From a virus: 64,000 nucleotides of DNA. How positions within the stretch are numbered: position 1 is the stretch's first letter; each line of letters starts with the position of its first letter. Positions 16,656 to 27,600 of this stretch are shown here, piece by piece. Location of the stretch: positions 88,754 through 152,753 of IMG/VR virus record IMGVR_UViG_3300030390_000715, one strand, 5' to 3'. Made by a program: the position numbers and the translations under genes. The notes under the pieces were generated by a model, which was not told the DNA's origin, made no database searches, and saw only the letters and a list, made by a program, of their open reading frames with translations.

Positions 16656-18565
16656 TGAGCAATGACGTATTAAAGAGTGAAGTCGAAGCAAGTTTTAAAT
16701 CAATCGACGAAACTCCTATTATCGAAAACTCTAAAAGAGCGATTGAAAGCCAAAAGAATACTGCTGAAACAATAGCGGGTTCTATCGCAGGTCAAGTAGA
16801 AGGTGGCATTCAATCCATCACCTCTAAAATAGACGAATATAGCGATAAAGTAAACACTGTATCTACAGAAGGATTACTCGACGATGGACTTCAAAGTCTC
16901 AAGGGTATGGGTACCGATGCAGTCAATACAGCAATATCAGGCTTTTTAGGTTCAAGCGGATCTTCTGTTAAAGTTGTATTTACTGATCCAGATTCTAACG
17001 GTATGGTATACCCACTATCATCATCGCTCGAAGCGTCCGGTGGTGCGAGTGCTACGGTATCAGCGATACTTCAGTTGATCACAGGACTAGGAGTAGGACC
17101 AGGCAGTCTTCAGAAAGTAGTTGCTGATGCAAGCCCCGCTGGACTAATCAGCGCAACAAAATCCATTACTGGTAAATTAGGCGCATTCGATGGGGCTGAA
17201 GCTATCGCTTCGCTCACAGAAAATGCTATCAACTCAGTCAAGATCGATCTAGAAAATGCCACAACGGGCAGTCTGGCTAACATCAAAGATAATAGCGGTA
17301 ATGTTCTTAATACACTTAATAAGACAATAACGAATATTCCTTCGACTTGGGATTCTGACGGCATTGTCACTTCAGTAACATCTATTACGGGTGTCGCTAA
17401 AAATAACGATAGCGCATTCAATCTGTCTATGACTGATCTTGATAATTCTATTGTCGACCTTAAAGGTGCAGTGACTAAGAGCCAAGACATCTCAGCTAAT
17501 TCCGCAGGACAAGTTTCTGATCTAACTAATCTATCAGGTGGCAAAGACGGCACGTCCGTAAAGTCTGATCTTGATAATGGCGCGAATTACTATAGAGCTA
17601 ATTTCTCAAAGAGTGGCGACGAGTATAGAAGTGTTGTTAAAAGAAGAGTGGCTAAAGATTCTAAGAGAGGAATTATACAAGGTATTAGTCAAGACGCTCT
17701 CAGCGACATTAGGAGTCGTTTCACAGCATTCAATTCACCCTTCACGCTGTCTGATGTTGTTATCAACGAAGTAATCAATTTATCGCAAGGAGATGTCGCT
17801 GATTTTTCGCAAGCAGTTAAACTCCTACATGATCAAACTGGTAAAGAGTATGATGTTGTTAAATCATTCTTACAGACAATCGATACGACAATCCATGCGG
17901 CAACAAGACCCGTATTATCTGATATAGTCTTTGCGGAGCCTTATGTTATTGGTTCATATCAAAAGAATTGGAATAAAGGCGCAGGCGATCCAGTCTTTCC
18001 GTACATATCTTCGCTCGAAGAATTACGGGCTGAAATCAAGAATATACAGCGAGAAGTTACTGAAGTTGTTGTGCATTGGACCGAGACCCATACAGATAAG
18101 AATATAGGTTCTGAAGAAGTCAATAAATATCATTTAGTCGCTGGGTTAGATGGAATTGGCTATCACTACATTATTCGTCGCGATGGTTCTCTTCAGAGAG
18201 GTCGACCCATTAATATACAAGGTCAACACTCACCAAAGAACTTTCACGATCTCCGTAGTTTATCGATAGCGTTTGTTGGTGGAATTAACGTACCGAGCGG
18301 TACACCCAATAGTGAAAACTTCTTGTCCGCACAGTCGTTGACCCGTAGTCAGTTTAACACATTCGATCATGTCTGTCGAGCAATATATAATGCTATTCCT
18401 GGTATTCAAATTGTAGGTCATATCGATATAGATGATGATGAATTAGATCCAGGCTTTGATGTTATATCCTACGCACAATCGAACTTTGGATTAAAGAGCG
18501 AGTTCAAGACTCCGCTCAAGCAACAACCCTTTACAGCTAAAGAGTTATTAACAAATGACGAATAA
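16655..18565 (+). CDS. Virion-associated protein with a C-terminal N-acetylmuramoyl-L-alanine amidase (Amidase_2-like) domain
   Basis: VVVHWT, IGYHYIIRRDG..QRGRP, SIAFVGG, IVGH and DPGFDV. Confidence 0.8.
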   Translation: MSNDVLKSEVEASFKSIDETPIIENSKRAIESQKNTAETIAGSIAGQVEGGIQSITSKIDEYSDKVNTVSTEGLLDDGLQSLKGMGTDAVNTAISGFLGSSGSSVKVVFTDPDSNGMVYPLSSSLEASGGASATVSAILQLITGLGVGPGSLQKVVADASPAGLISATKSITGKLGAFDGAEAIASLTENAINSVKIDLENATTGSLANIKDNSGNVLNTLNKTITNIPSTWDSDGIVTSVTSITGVAKNNDSAFNLSMTDLDNSIVDLKGAVTKSQDISANSAGQVSDLTNLSGGKDGTSVKSDLDNGANYYRANFSKSGDEYRSVVKRRVAKDSKRGIIQGISQDALSDIRSRFTAFNSPFTLSDVVINEVINLSQGDVADFSQAVKLLHDQTGKEYDVVKSFLQTIDTTIHAATRPVLSDIVFAEPYVIGSYQKNWNKGAGDPVFPYISSLEELRAEIKNIQREVTEVVVHWTETHTDKNIGSEEVNKYHLVAGLDGIGYHYIIRRDGSLQRGRPINIQGQHSPKNFHDLRSLSIAFVGGINVPSGTPNSENFLSAQSLTRSQFNTFDHVCRAIYNAIPGIQIVGHIDIDDDELDPGFDVISYAQSNFGLKSEFKTPLKQQPFTAKELLTNDE

Positions 18566-20009
18566 AGTAGATAATTTAGACGCACGAGAAAAAAATCTAG
18601 GTGTTGGTCAAGAAGATACCGTCGGTGTGCCAAAGGATGGATTCAGTGATCCGTCAGGCGAATTTCCTAAGCGAGAATATTTCTTTAGCTCAAGTGTAAA
18701 CAAAGCCGCTAAAGGCGAGAAAGTTAATAATCTTGATATTGGTGGTGGTGATCTAGGTGTATCGATTGATATGCCTAGCCAAGAGCCTTCGATGTATCCT
18801 CACAACGATACTAACGAAACTCCTTCGGGTCATGTTATCGAGTATGACGATACGCCCGGGGGTGAAAGAATATTATTAAAGCACAGAACAGGCGCTGGTG
18901 TAGAAATGAGGGCTGACGGCACAGTAGTTGTCGTGTCTAAAAATAAAAGAATTGAAGTGACAGGCGGTGATCATACCGCAATTATTGAAGGGGATGGTGA
19001 TCTTGTTTATAAAGGTAGTCTTAATTTACGTGTTAGTGGTGATTATAATGTCGACGTGGGTGGCGATTATAAAGTCACTGTCGCCGGTGACACCAAAGAA
19101 AGTATAAAAGGTCGGCACAACAAAACTGTCGGTAAAGATCAGAACTATACGATACGAGGTTCGAGAGGAGCGCAAGTGGTAGGTATGAACACCGAAACAC
19201 TATTAGGCTCTACTAATGTATTAGTTAAAGGTGATCAGAAAAATTATGTTGAAGGTGATATTGAGATGTTATCGTCTAACAATATTACACAAACTGCTGT
19301 CAACGAGTGGGTCGTCGCGTCGAGCGTGGCAGGTATTAGCGCAAGACATATTAGCGTTATCGGTCATAAAGGAACAATAGGTGGTTCAACAATTGACTAT
19401 TACGGCAAGACGTATGGTGGTATGCCAGGAGGTCTAACTAATCTTGCGACATTCTACGGAACATTGGTCGGTAAAGCTACAGAAGCGAATCATGCAGATT
19501 ATGCTATTAAATCATCTATCGCAGAATATGCAAGTGGTGCGGCTAAGGCGTTAGTAGCCGCTAAAGAAAAGCCAACTACAATTTCATCCCCTAATCCAAT
19601 ACCCGGAATTATGACATATCTTCCTTTAGCACCCACAGCACCTTTACCAAACCCCGCTATAGTAGAGATGCAGTTATCGACAAGCAACTACGGAATCAGA
19701 AATGTTGAGGTCGACCCTTTACTTAAAGAAAAGATAAGTAAGTCGGATGACTACAAAGAATTGTTTAATGAAGATCCTTCGATTCATGAGATAAGATCGA
19801 AGCTAAGAGATACAGCGCATTTTAACAATAATGCATTTACGAGCTTTCTTGTAAGTGAAAATAAACTTAACAGAGATTTTAAAAAGAACATTCCTAGAAA
19901 CATTGGTAGATCAGCAAATAAGAAAGGAACAATTCATTTCGGAACTACTACATTAGGAAACAATCCCGCTGACACGAGAAGCAAAAGATTTAAGGTGAAC
20001 ACAAAATGA
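18555..20009 (+). CDS. gp5 C-terminal part (beta-helix spike)
   Basis: YPHN..ETPSGHVIEYDDTPGGERI..HRTG, followed by VxGD-type 8-residue repeats. Confidence 0.8.
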   Translation: MTNKVDNLDAREKNLGVGQEDTVGVPKDGFSDPSGEFPKREYFFSSSVNKAAKGEKVNNLDIGGGDLGVSIDMPSQEPSMYPHNDTNETPSGHVIEYDDTPGGERILLKHRTGAGVEMRADGTVVVVSKNKRIEVTGGDHTAIIEGDGDLVYKGSLNLRVSGDYNVDVGGDYKVTVAGDTKESIKGRHNKTVGKDQNYTIRGSRGAQVVGMNTETLLGSTNVLVKGDQKNYVEGDIEMLSSNNITQTAVNEWVVASSVAGISARHISVIGHKGTIGGSTIDYYGKTYGGMPGGLTNLATFYGTLVGKATEANHADYAIKSSIAEYASGAAKALVAAKEKPTTISSPNPIPGIMTYLPLAPTAPLPNPAIVEMQLSTSNYGIRNVEVDPLLKEKISKSDDYKELFNEDPSIHEIRSKLRDTAHFNNNAFTSFLVSENKLNRDFKKNIPRNIGRSANKKGTIHFGTTTLGNNPADTRSKRFKVNTK

Positions 20010-20764
20010 TACTACTGGTTAATCCACAATATAATCCTGACTTCGAAGATGATATAACGTCTACGACTAAACTAGGTCCTGGCATATCTCTTGCGAAGTT
20101 CTTAGGTGCTAAAGGATCGCGTACACAACTTGATACGCTATATGCGGAAGACTTCTTTGGTGCACCTGATAAAAGACAGATTGCTCGTAATCTAGTCCTA
20201 CACACTCAAGTCATCCAGTCAGTAATAGCAAACTCGTTTTTCTCTAGGCATCGCTTAGTTGTGAGCGAAGGAATATACGAACCTAATCCAAAGTTCACAG
20301 TAGAAGAACGCGCTGTCGGGAGTGAAGCGCAAGCTAAGAAACTAGCGAGTGAAAATAAAGGATCGTTTGGTAAAGGTCCGGACGGATGGATAGCTCGTAT
20401 TCCAACTTATATCGGTGAGAGACCCACCGCTGGCAGTATCAATGATTTAAGAAGAACCGGTAGAGCCGTAGCGTATCAGCTTGTCGACAAGAAAGGTAAG
20501 TCAGACCCACAAATGTCGTTTGACCTAGCAGTGTACTTAAAAGACTATTGCAATTATGATAAACTGACACTTGACTACGATACGTTCGATCCGTCGGGTG
20601 ATCTCACATGCTCGATTATATTAGAGATGCCAAAAGTTCCAACAACATACGACCTTTCATTTAAATATGATCTTGAAACGACATACAATGGTGAGCTTCA
20701 AGCAAAAGACGAACTACTCGAAATACTTCCTGAAGTAGAAAGTATATTTGATTTCTTCTCTTGA
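20006..20764 (+). CDS. Hypothetical baseplate-region protein
   Basis: 252-aa ORF overlapping the upstream stop. Confidence 0.65.
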   Translation: MILLVNPQYNPDFEDDITSTTKLGPGISLAKFLGAKGSRTQLDTLYAEDFFGAPDKRQIARNLVLHTQVIQSVIANSFFSRHRLVVSEGIYEPNPKFTVEERAVGSEAQAKKLASENKGSFGKGPDGWIARIPTYIGERPTAGSINDLRRTGRAVAYQLVDKKGKSDPQMSFDLAVYLKDYCNYDKLTLDYDTFDPSGDLTCSIILEMPKVPTTYDLSFKYDLETTYNGELQAKDELLEILPEVESIFDFFS

Positions 20765-20770
20765 AAAGAC

Positions 20771-20778
20771 TATAAATA
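20771..20778 (+). promoter_or_regulatory. T4-type late promoter
   Basis: TATAAATA upstream of gp25. Confidence 0.75.
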
Positions 20779-20798
20779 AAAGAAAAGGGCGATAATGC

Positions 20799-21461
20799 AT
20801 GGCTAAGATTTTCTCTACAGAGGACGGTAAACTTAACACTAGTGTTAGGCTTACGAGCGAACGACTGTATACTGACTTCGATCTAGTCTTCGAGAAAAAG
20901 ACATCTACGGATGGCGATATCTTTAAAAAGACCGATGCGGGTGCAGTAAAGCAGGCTATTAAAACTCTGCTATTAACTAATCGTTTCGAGAAGCCTTATA
21001 GACCACAATTCGGTGCTGACCTATATTCACTATTGTTTAGTCTAGCTGACGAAGAATCGGGCGAAGAAATATCTTCGGCTATCACAGAAGCGATTGAACG
21101 ATACGAGCCAAGGGTTGCAGTACAGAGACTTCAAGTATCAGCCACACCTGATTACAATACGGTCGATGTTACAATAGAATTTCGTGTTATCAATACACAA
21201 TTAATTGATACACTGCGATTAAGTATCACTGATCAAATAGCCGGACCAGATAGAGGCGTGGTTGTTCCTGTCACTGTAGCTGATATACCTCAACAAGTAA
21301 TTAAGACTGAATACGATAATCGCATATTATCAGAGTTTGGACTTTACTTGTCAAGAGATATAGGTAAAACTATTGACGGTGCAATTCTAACTCAAGACGG
21401 TGACGAAATAGCATTCGCAGATACTTCTGGCAATGTACTTATCATATCTACCCCATCTTAA
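20799..21461 (+). CDS. gp25: Baseplate wedge subunit with a C-terminal extension
   Basis: AVKQAIKTLLLTNRFEKPYRPQFG and AIERYEPRV. Confidence 0.9.
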   Translation: MAKIFSTEDGKLNTSVRLTSERLYTDFDLVFEKKTSTDGDIFKKTDAGAVKQAIKTLLLTNRFEKPYRPQFGADLYSLLFSLADEESGEEISSAITEAIERYEPRVAVQRLQVSATPDYNTVDVTIEFRVINTQLIDTLRLSITDQIAGPDRGVVVPVTVADIPQQVIKTEYDNRILSEFGLYLSRDIGKTIDGAILTQDGDEIAFADTSGNVLIISTPS

Positions 21462-21476
21462 CGGAGAGAAAGCGTA

Positions 21477-23273
21477 ATGGCTACAACCATTAAATCTACT
21501 GATCTAGATTTTAACGAAATAAAGAATAGTCTAAAAGTGCATCTACAGAACAGTGCGGAATTTAGTGACTATAACTTTGAGGCTTCGGCTCTATCGAGTC
21601 TTCTTGACGTTCTAGCCTATAACACACACCAAAATAGTTTGGTCGCTAACTACGCTTTGAACGAATCGTTTTTAAGTACCGCACAGCTTAGATCGTCTCT
21701 TGTTGGTCTTGCAAGTAGCTTGGGCTACACTGTCAATTCAAGAACAGCTTCATATGCTGTCGTGAATCTATTCACAACAATCGATGTTAATCCTCCGTCG
21801 AGCGTAACATTACCTGCGGGCAGTACATTTTCATCTACTGTCGATAACAAGACTTATACGTTCCAAACACGAAATACCCTTATCGCAAGAAACAATGGAA
21901 GCGATCAGTACTTCTTCGCGATTGATGGTAATCAGAATGTTCCTATCTATGAAGGTGTTGTCAAAACAAAATCATTCATTGCTGGTCAAGGCAGTGATCT
22001 CGACTCATATGTTATACCAGTAACAAACTTAGACCTAGATACAGTCAAAGTCACAGTGTTTGATTCACCATCTTCTATAAACGGAAAGACGTTTATCAAC
22101 ATTAACGGTGCGACTTCAATTAACGAAAAAACGCGCTTGTTCGTGTGTAAAGAGACACCCAACGGATTCTATGAGTTGTCGTTTGGTAATGGTGTTCGTC
22201 TAGGTTCTCAAGCACCCGTTGCAGGCAATAAAATTCTTGTCGAATACACTGCTGTATCTGGAGCTGAAGCGAACGGTGCAAGAACATTTAGCCCTGATGC
22301 ACAGATTGCAGGCGGCTATGATATTACTGTAACGACTATCGCACAATCTGGTGGTGGTAACGCAAAAGAATCAATTGAGTCGATTCGTAAAAACGCGCCT
22401 TACATATACGCTTCGCAGAACAGAATGGTCACTGCTGAAGACTATGCCGCTTTGACACTCAGAAGCTATGCTAATGTTATAAAGGACATCAAAGCTTGGG
22501 GCGGTGAAGATAATTTTCCTGCGACATACGGATCAGTCTTTCTATCAATCGAATTCTCTACGACCGACGCTACTGTTATAACTAACACTAAAGAAGCCAT
22601 AACGAATCTTGCAAAAGACTTATCGGTCGCTTCATTCGACATTAAATTTTCTGATCCAGTAGACACGTTCCTTGAAGTGAAAACATTCTTTCAATTCAAT
22701 CCTAACTTGACTTCATCCTCTCGTTCGCAAGTCGAGACGAATGTGGCTAGTGCTATGGAAACATACTTCGAGAATAATCTTGGTGCGTTCGACAAGTCTT
22801 TCCGAAGATCGAATATGCTAAGTGCTATTGATGCGGTCGATGGTTCTGTATTGTCCAGTCGCGCAGAAATTAGTATGCAGTCAAGATTCGATCCTAAACT
22901 CGGTGCGGTTGATTACATCATTAATTATCCAACTTCAATAAGTCCTCCTGATGATACGCTATATGTTATTAGTTCAGGCAACTTCTTTATTAACGGTAAG
23001 ATATGTTTTCTCCGGAATGTTCTTGATTCAAATGTCATTCAAGCTATTAGTGTCGCTACCGGCATTGCGGAAGTCGATGACATTGGTTCTTATGATGCAG
23101 GCGCAGGAACAGTAACATTAAACTCGTTTGGCGGCACACTCATTAATGGTGAATTTGTCAAGATTAATGCCACTCCGGCTAACCAGTCAGTGATCAATCC
23201 TTTCAGAAATAACATTCTGAAATTCGATGCTACAGCTTCAACGGCTCTAGCAGTACTCACAGATACAGTATAA
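21477..23273 (+). CDS. gp6: Baseplate wedge subunit
   Basis: LDFNEIK, LLDVLAYNTH, NESFLSTAQLRSS and QNRMVTAEDY. Confidence 0.92.
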   Translation: MATTIKSTDLDFNEIKNSLKVHLQNSAEFSDYNFEASALSSLLDVLAYNTHQNSLVANYALNESFLSTAQLRSSLVGLASSLGYTVNSRTASYAVVNLFTTIDVNPPSSVTLPAGSTFSSTVDNKTYTFQTRNTLIARNNGSDQYFFAIDGNQNVPIYEGVVKTKSFIAGQGSDLDSYVIPVTNLDLDTVKVTVFDSPSSINGKTFININGATSINEKTRLFVCKETPNGFYELSFGNGVRLGSQAPVAGNKILVEYTAVSGAEANGARTFSPDAQIAGGYDITVTTIAQSGGGNAKESIESIRKNAPYIYASQNRMVTAEDYAALTLRSYANVIKDIKAWGGEDNFPATYGSVFLSIEFSTTDATVITNTKEAITNLAKDLSVASFDIKFSDPVDTFLEVKTFFQFNPNLTSSSRSQVETNVASAMETYFENNLGAFDKSFRRSNMLSAIDAVDGSVLSSRAEISMQSRFDPKLGAVDYIINYPTSISPPDDTLYVISSGNFFINGKICFLRNVLDSNVIQAISVATGIAEVDDIGSYDAGAGTVTLNSFGGTLINGEFVKINATPANQSVINPFRNNILKFDATASTALAVLTDTV

Positions 23274-23276
23274 ATA
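23269..23276 (+). promoter_or_regulatory. T4-type late promoter
   Basis: TATAAATA overlapping the gp6 stop. Confidence 0.7.
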
Positions 23277-23302
23277 GATACATATTAATAAGAGAACTAA
23301 TC

Positions 23303-24685
23303 ATGACCTCAGCGATTACTAATCAATTTCGAATGTCTCTGCTAGACGAGTTAAAAGCCGACATTGACGGATCCGTATCAAACTACTATGTGGGTCTAGC
23401 AAAGGGAGACGCGTATAATATCTCGGGTCTCGTTAACATTGCTCCTTCTGATGTTGGCTCAAACTACGCGCAATCTCAAATTAGACAAACCCTCCAGTCA
23501 GTCAAAACACTTGCGAATACTTCGTATGTTGTGCCTACTGTTAATTGGGTGAGTGGTACAATTTATAATCATTGGGATGACAACAACCACGCATTAACAA
23601 ACTTCTATGCTATAAACTCATTCAATGATGTGTTTATTTGCGTAGGTGTTGGTAAATTATCTGACGGTACTATTAACACTTCTGTAGACGAACCCACCCA
23701 AACATTTCAACGAAGTTCTGCTCTAGGTGGGGGCTACGCTTCTGACGGAAAGACGTTCGAGCTTGGTGATGGATATAGATGGAGATTCATGTATAGAATA
23801 TCCAACGTAGCTTATGCGACATACAGAACAGCAAACTGGACACCGGTTAAAAAAGTATCTGCTCTTGGATTAATTGCAGAAGAGAACGCACAAAAGAATC
23901 TTCAAGATGCTTCTATAGGCGGTGAAATAATAGGAGTTGAGATTGTAAGTGGTGGAACTACAGTAACAAGTGTCCCTACTATAACAGTTACAGGCAACGG
24001 AAGTCTAGCCGCATTCACTGTCGATATTTCTAACGGAGCAGTGACACGAGTATTAGTAGATACAGATGCCAACACAGGTGAATATCGACATGGAAGTGGC
24101 TATGATTATGCTGATCTAAAACTCAGTGTAGGCGATGCCGTTCTGCGCCCTATACTATCACCAAAATTGGGCGTTCATGCTGATATCGCCAAAACATTAA
24201 AGTCGAACGCGCTGATGCTTCAGACTGACTTTATTGCGAACGAGAACGAAAGTATTAGAATAGAGAACGACTTTAATCAGATCGCCCTATTCAAAAATGT
24301 AAACGCCTTTGGCACTTCGACTGCTTTCTCTGCTAACACAGGAAGTGCCTTGAAGGGTCTATCTGTTACTGTATCAAATGGCACGTTTGAAATCGACGAT
24401 CTATTCAAAAATGATGCAGGAACAGCTACAGCTAAGGTCTATTACCACGATACAGTAGATAGTAAATTATATTACTGGCAAGACGAACAAACAGGATTTG
24501 GTGAATTCAATGCTACAGACGGGCTATCTAACTTAATTCGTACAGGCATTGCAGGAACAAGCGCATTATTATCACCCGACATTGATGCATATTCGGGTGA
24601 TATAATGTATATAAATAATGTAGACGAGATTACTAGAGCAAGTAATCAAACCGAAGATATTCGAATCGTAATTCAGCTAAGATAA
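23303..24685 (+). CDS. gp8: Baseplate wedge subunit
   Basis: WVSGTIY, DGYRWRFMY, and C-terminal SGDIMYINN...RASNQTEDIRIVIQ. Confidence 0.85.
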   Translation: MTSAITNQFRMSLLDELKADIDGSVSNYYVGLAKGDAYNISGLVNIAPSDVGSNYAQSQIRQTLQSVKTLANTSYVVPTVNWVSGTIYNHWDDNNHALTNFYAINSFNDVFICVGVGKLSDGTINTSVDEPTQTFQRSSALGGGYASDGKTFELGDGYRWRFMYRISNVAYATYRTANWTPVKKVSALGLIAEENAQKNLQDASIGGEIIGVEIVSGGTTVTSVPTITVTGNGSLAAFTVDISNGAVTRVLVDTDANTGEYRHGSGYDYADLKLSVGDAVLRPILSPKLGVHADIAKTLKSNALMLQTDFIANENESIRIENDFNQIALFKNVNAFGTSTAFSANTGSALKGLSVTVSNGTFEIDDLFKNDAGTATAKVYYHDTVDSKLYYWQDEQTGFGEFNATDGLSNLIRTGIAGTSALLSPDIDAYSGDIMYINNVDEITRASNQTEDIRIVIQLR

Positions 24686-24699
24686 TAAGAGACTAAAAA

Positions 24700-27600
24700 A
24701 TGGCAAACCAATATACTTCCGCTACGTTACCAGGTACTTACGCAGACGATTTTGACCCAACAAACAATTATCATCAAATATTGTTTAATAGTGGTCGCGC
24801 ATTGCAAGCCCGAGAACTTACTCAATTGCAGAGTATCATCTTTGCTGAAATGAGCAGGATGGGCGGCAATTTATACAAAGAAGGTGCGGCTATCTCAGGT
24901 GCTGGCACTAGTATCAATAGCGCATACGATTATGTCAAGATCGCTTCGACAAATGCAGGTGGCGAATTCTCTGCTATACCCGTCGGAACAATATTCTCTG
25001 ATCCTATTACTAATATCAAAGCACAAGTCCTAGAAGTATCGCAAGCAAAAACAGGGCAGTTATTTGATACGTTGTTCATTGAATATATCAATAACGGAAG
25101 CGCAGTCTCAGGAAACACTCCTACTAGATTTGGTGATCAGGTCACACTCTTCGATCAGTCAGGTGGTGGTTATGAATTAATCACAGAAACACCTAACGCT
25201 ACTGGTAAAGGTGTTAAGTTTACTGTCGCAGAAGGCGAGTTCTTTGCTCTAGGTAGATTCGTTAATACTATTGAACAATCTATCATATTATCTCCTTACG
25301 AAAATTCTGCGATTGATACTGTCGTAGGATTTAGAGTCGTTCAAGATATTGTTACTGTCAATGACACTGAAGCATTATATGACAACACAAACGGTGTCGT
25401 TAATACAGCTTCTCCTGGTGCTGATCGCTATCGTATCAGCCTAGTTCTAACTACCGAAGATCAAGTTACTGACTCGCAAACATTCTTGTTCTTAGCGCGA
25501 GTTGAAAACTCAAAGATCAGCGAAGAAATACAAATTCAAGACTCGTTCAATAAAATTAATGATCTACTTTCTATACGCACTAAAGAAGAGTCAGGCGATT
25601 ATGTAGTTAATCCTTTTACTGTTAACGTCGACGATTTTGATAACGGTCTTGATTCTAACCTCGATCTTATTGTATCAGAAGGCACAGCATATATCAATGG
25701 GTACAGAGTAGAAAATCAAAGTTCTGCTAAGTTTAAATTGCCGAGACCCACTGCTACTGAATTAGTTAATAACGATACTATCGGTATTCAGTTAGGCAAC
25801 TATTTCCTATGTAATGTCAACAAAGATATTCCTATTCTTGATTATACAGAAGTGAATCTATACTCTGCTGTCACTGCGGGCGGTTCTGTAGTCGGTACAG
25901 CGAGAGTCCGAGGAATTCAACACTTCAGCGACACCGTACAAAAAGTATTTGTCTATGATGTTACTATGCAACCCGGTCAATCTATTGCCCAGATAAGAAG
26001 TCTAGGTACGGCTTCTACTAATTATTTTGACATAGTTGTCGCCACAAACGGTATTAAATTATACGAGACTGATAATAACGATCTATTATTTGCTACTAAC
26101 AACGCACGACCTTCAGACTTTGATGATATTACAGTAACAGTTCAGAAGTACCAGACGAAAACTGCTGTTGGTAATGCGGTCACATTAGATCAATTACCTG
26201 TTGGTCAATCTTACACACAATCTTCTGAGTGGATATTAAGTACTGCTCAAACCAGTGGTGTGGAATTACCAAGTACTTATGTTGTTACTATAACTAACAG
26301 TGGTCGCGATGCTTCTGTAACGAGTCTCGCGCAAGCTACTGACGATTATAAAATTATCGCGTTTGTGCAAAAGACTGCTACGATAAAGCCTAAGACTGCT
26401 ACTACTTCGGGCACGACTTCATTCACCTCTTCTGTAGATGCGGTATCTGGTGTTACGTATTTTAATCTTGGTCTTCCTGATATCTACTCTGTCGATTCTG
26501 TCAGACAAAACAATAGTGCTGGTAATGATTTATCGTCTATCTTTACAATAGATGATGGTCAACGCGACAATTATTACGGTGACGGTCGCCTAGTACTTAA
26601 AGACGGCTTCGCAGATCCAGGCACAATCTATGTAAACTTCAAGTCGTTCACTCGTGGTGCAGGCGATTTCTATGCGGTCAATTCATACAACGTACCATAT
26701 AGTGATATTCCTAAGCACATAACGAATACTGGTGAAGAGATATCGTTGCATGATGTTATCGACTTTAGACCTGATCAAAATACTGCGGGCACAGTGTCGA
26801 ATATACCTGCGCTTCCTCTCAACGGTTCTTTAATCACTGCTGACGTTAATTATTATTTGCCTCGTGCTGATAAAGTTATCATGACTCATGACGGTGAGAT
26901 CAACATTCTAATGGGGCAACAAGCCCGCGATCCACAATTCAAAGAGACACCTGATAACTCTATGGAATTGTATAAGATCATATTGAATGCAAACACCAAG
27001 GATGAAAATGATCTTGTTGTCGTGCCTACTGCTCAACAACGTGGCTACACGATGAAAGATATCGGTGATCTAGAAAATAAGATCGATGCTATAGAAGAGT
27101 CTACTTCACTTAGTATTTTTGAATTAGAAGCGCGTCTTGATAACGTACTTGACAGTGATGGCGTAATTCGTATCATTAGTGGTCTTCAAGTCAACGAAGC
27201 GACTGATCATACTGGCACCGACACGGGTTCACCTGATCATAGAGCTTCGATAGATCCTGAGAATCGTTTGATTAGACCATCATTCGAAGAAGGTAATACT
27301 AGACTAGTCTACGTACCAAACAATACTGCTGATGCTTTCACAACATCACATTCAAGTACGGGTGTTGTCAAGAAGGGCGATAACATCTATCTTGCGCACG
27401 ATTCCGCAGAATGGACATTCCAGAAACTCGCTTCACGTACTACAAAGATTAATCCTTTTGGATTGATCGACAATGTTGGTACATTAAAACTTTCTCCTTC
27501 TACTGATGAATGGAAAGAGTCTATTCAAGATGCTGTTAAGGTTCTAGCTGGTACTAATAAGCTGTCCGCAAAACAAGCGCATTGCTGGAATAACTGGCAG

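Noticed and set aside
24610-24617. TATAAATA inside the 3' end of gp8
   Set aside because: It could be a late promoter for the next gene, but it lies in AT-rich coding sequence (YINN) and cannot be told apart from chance.
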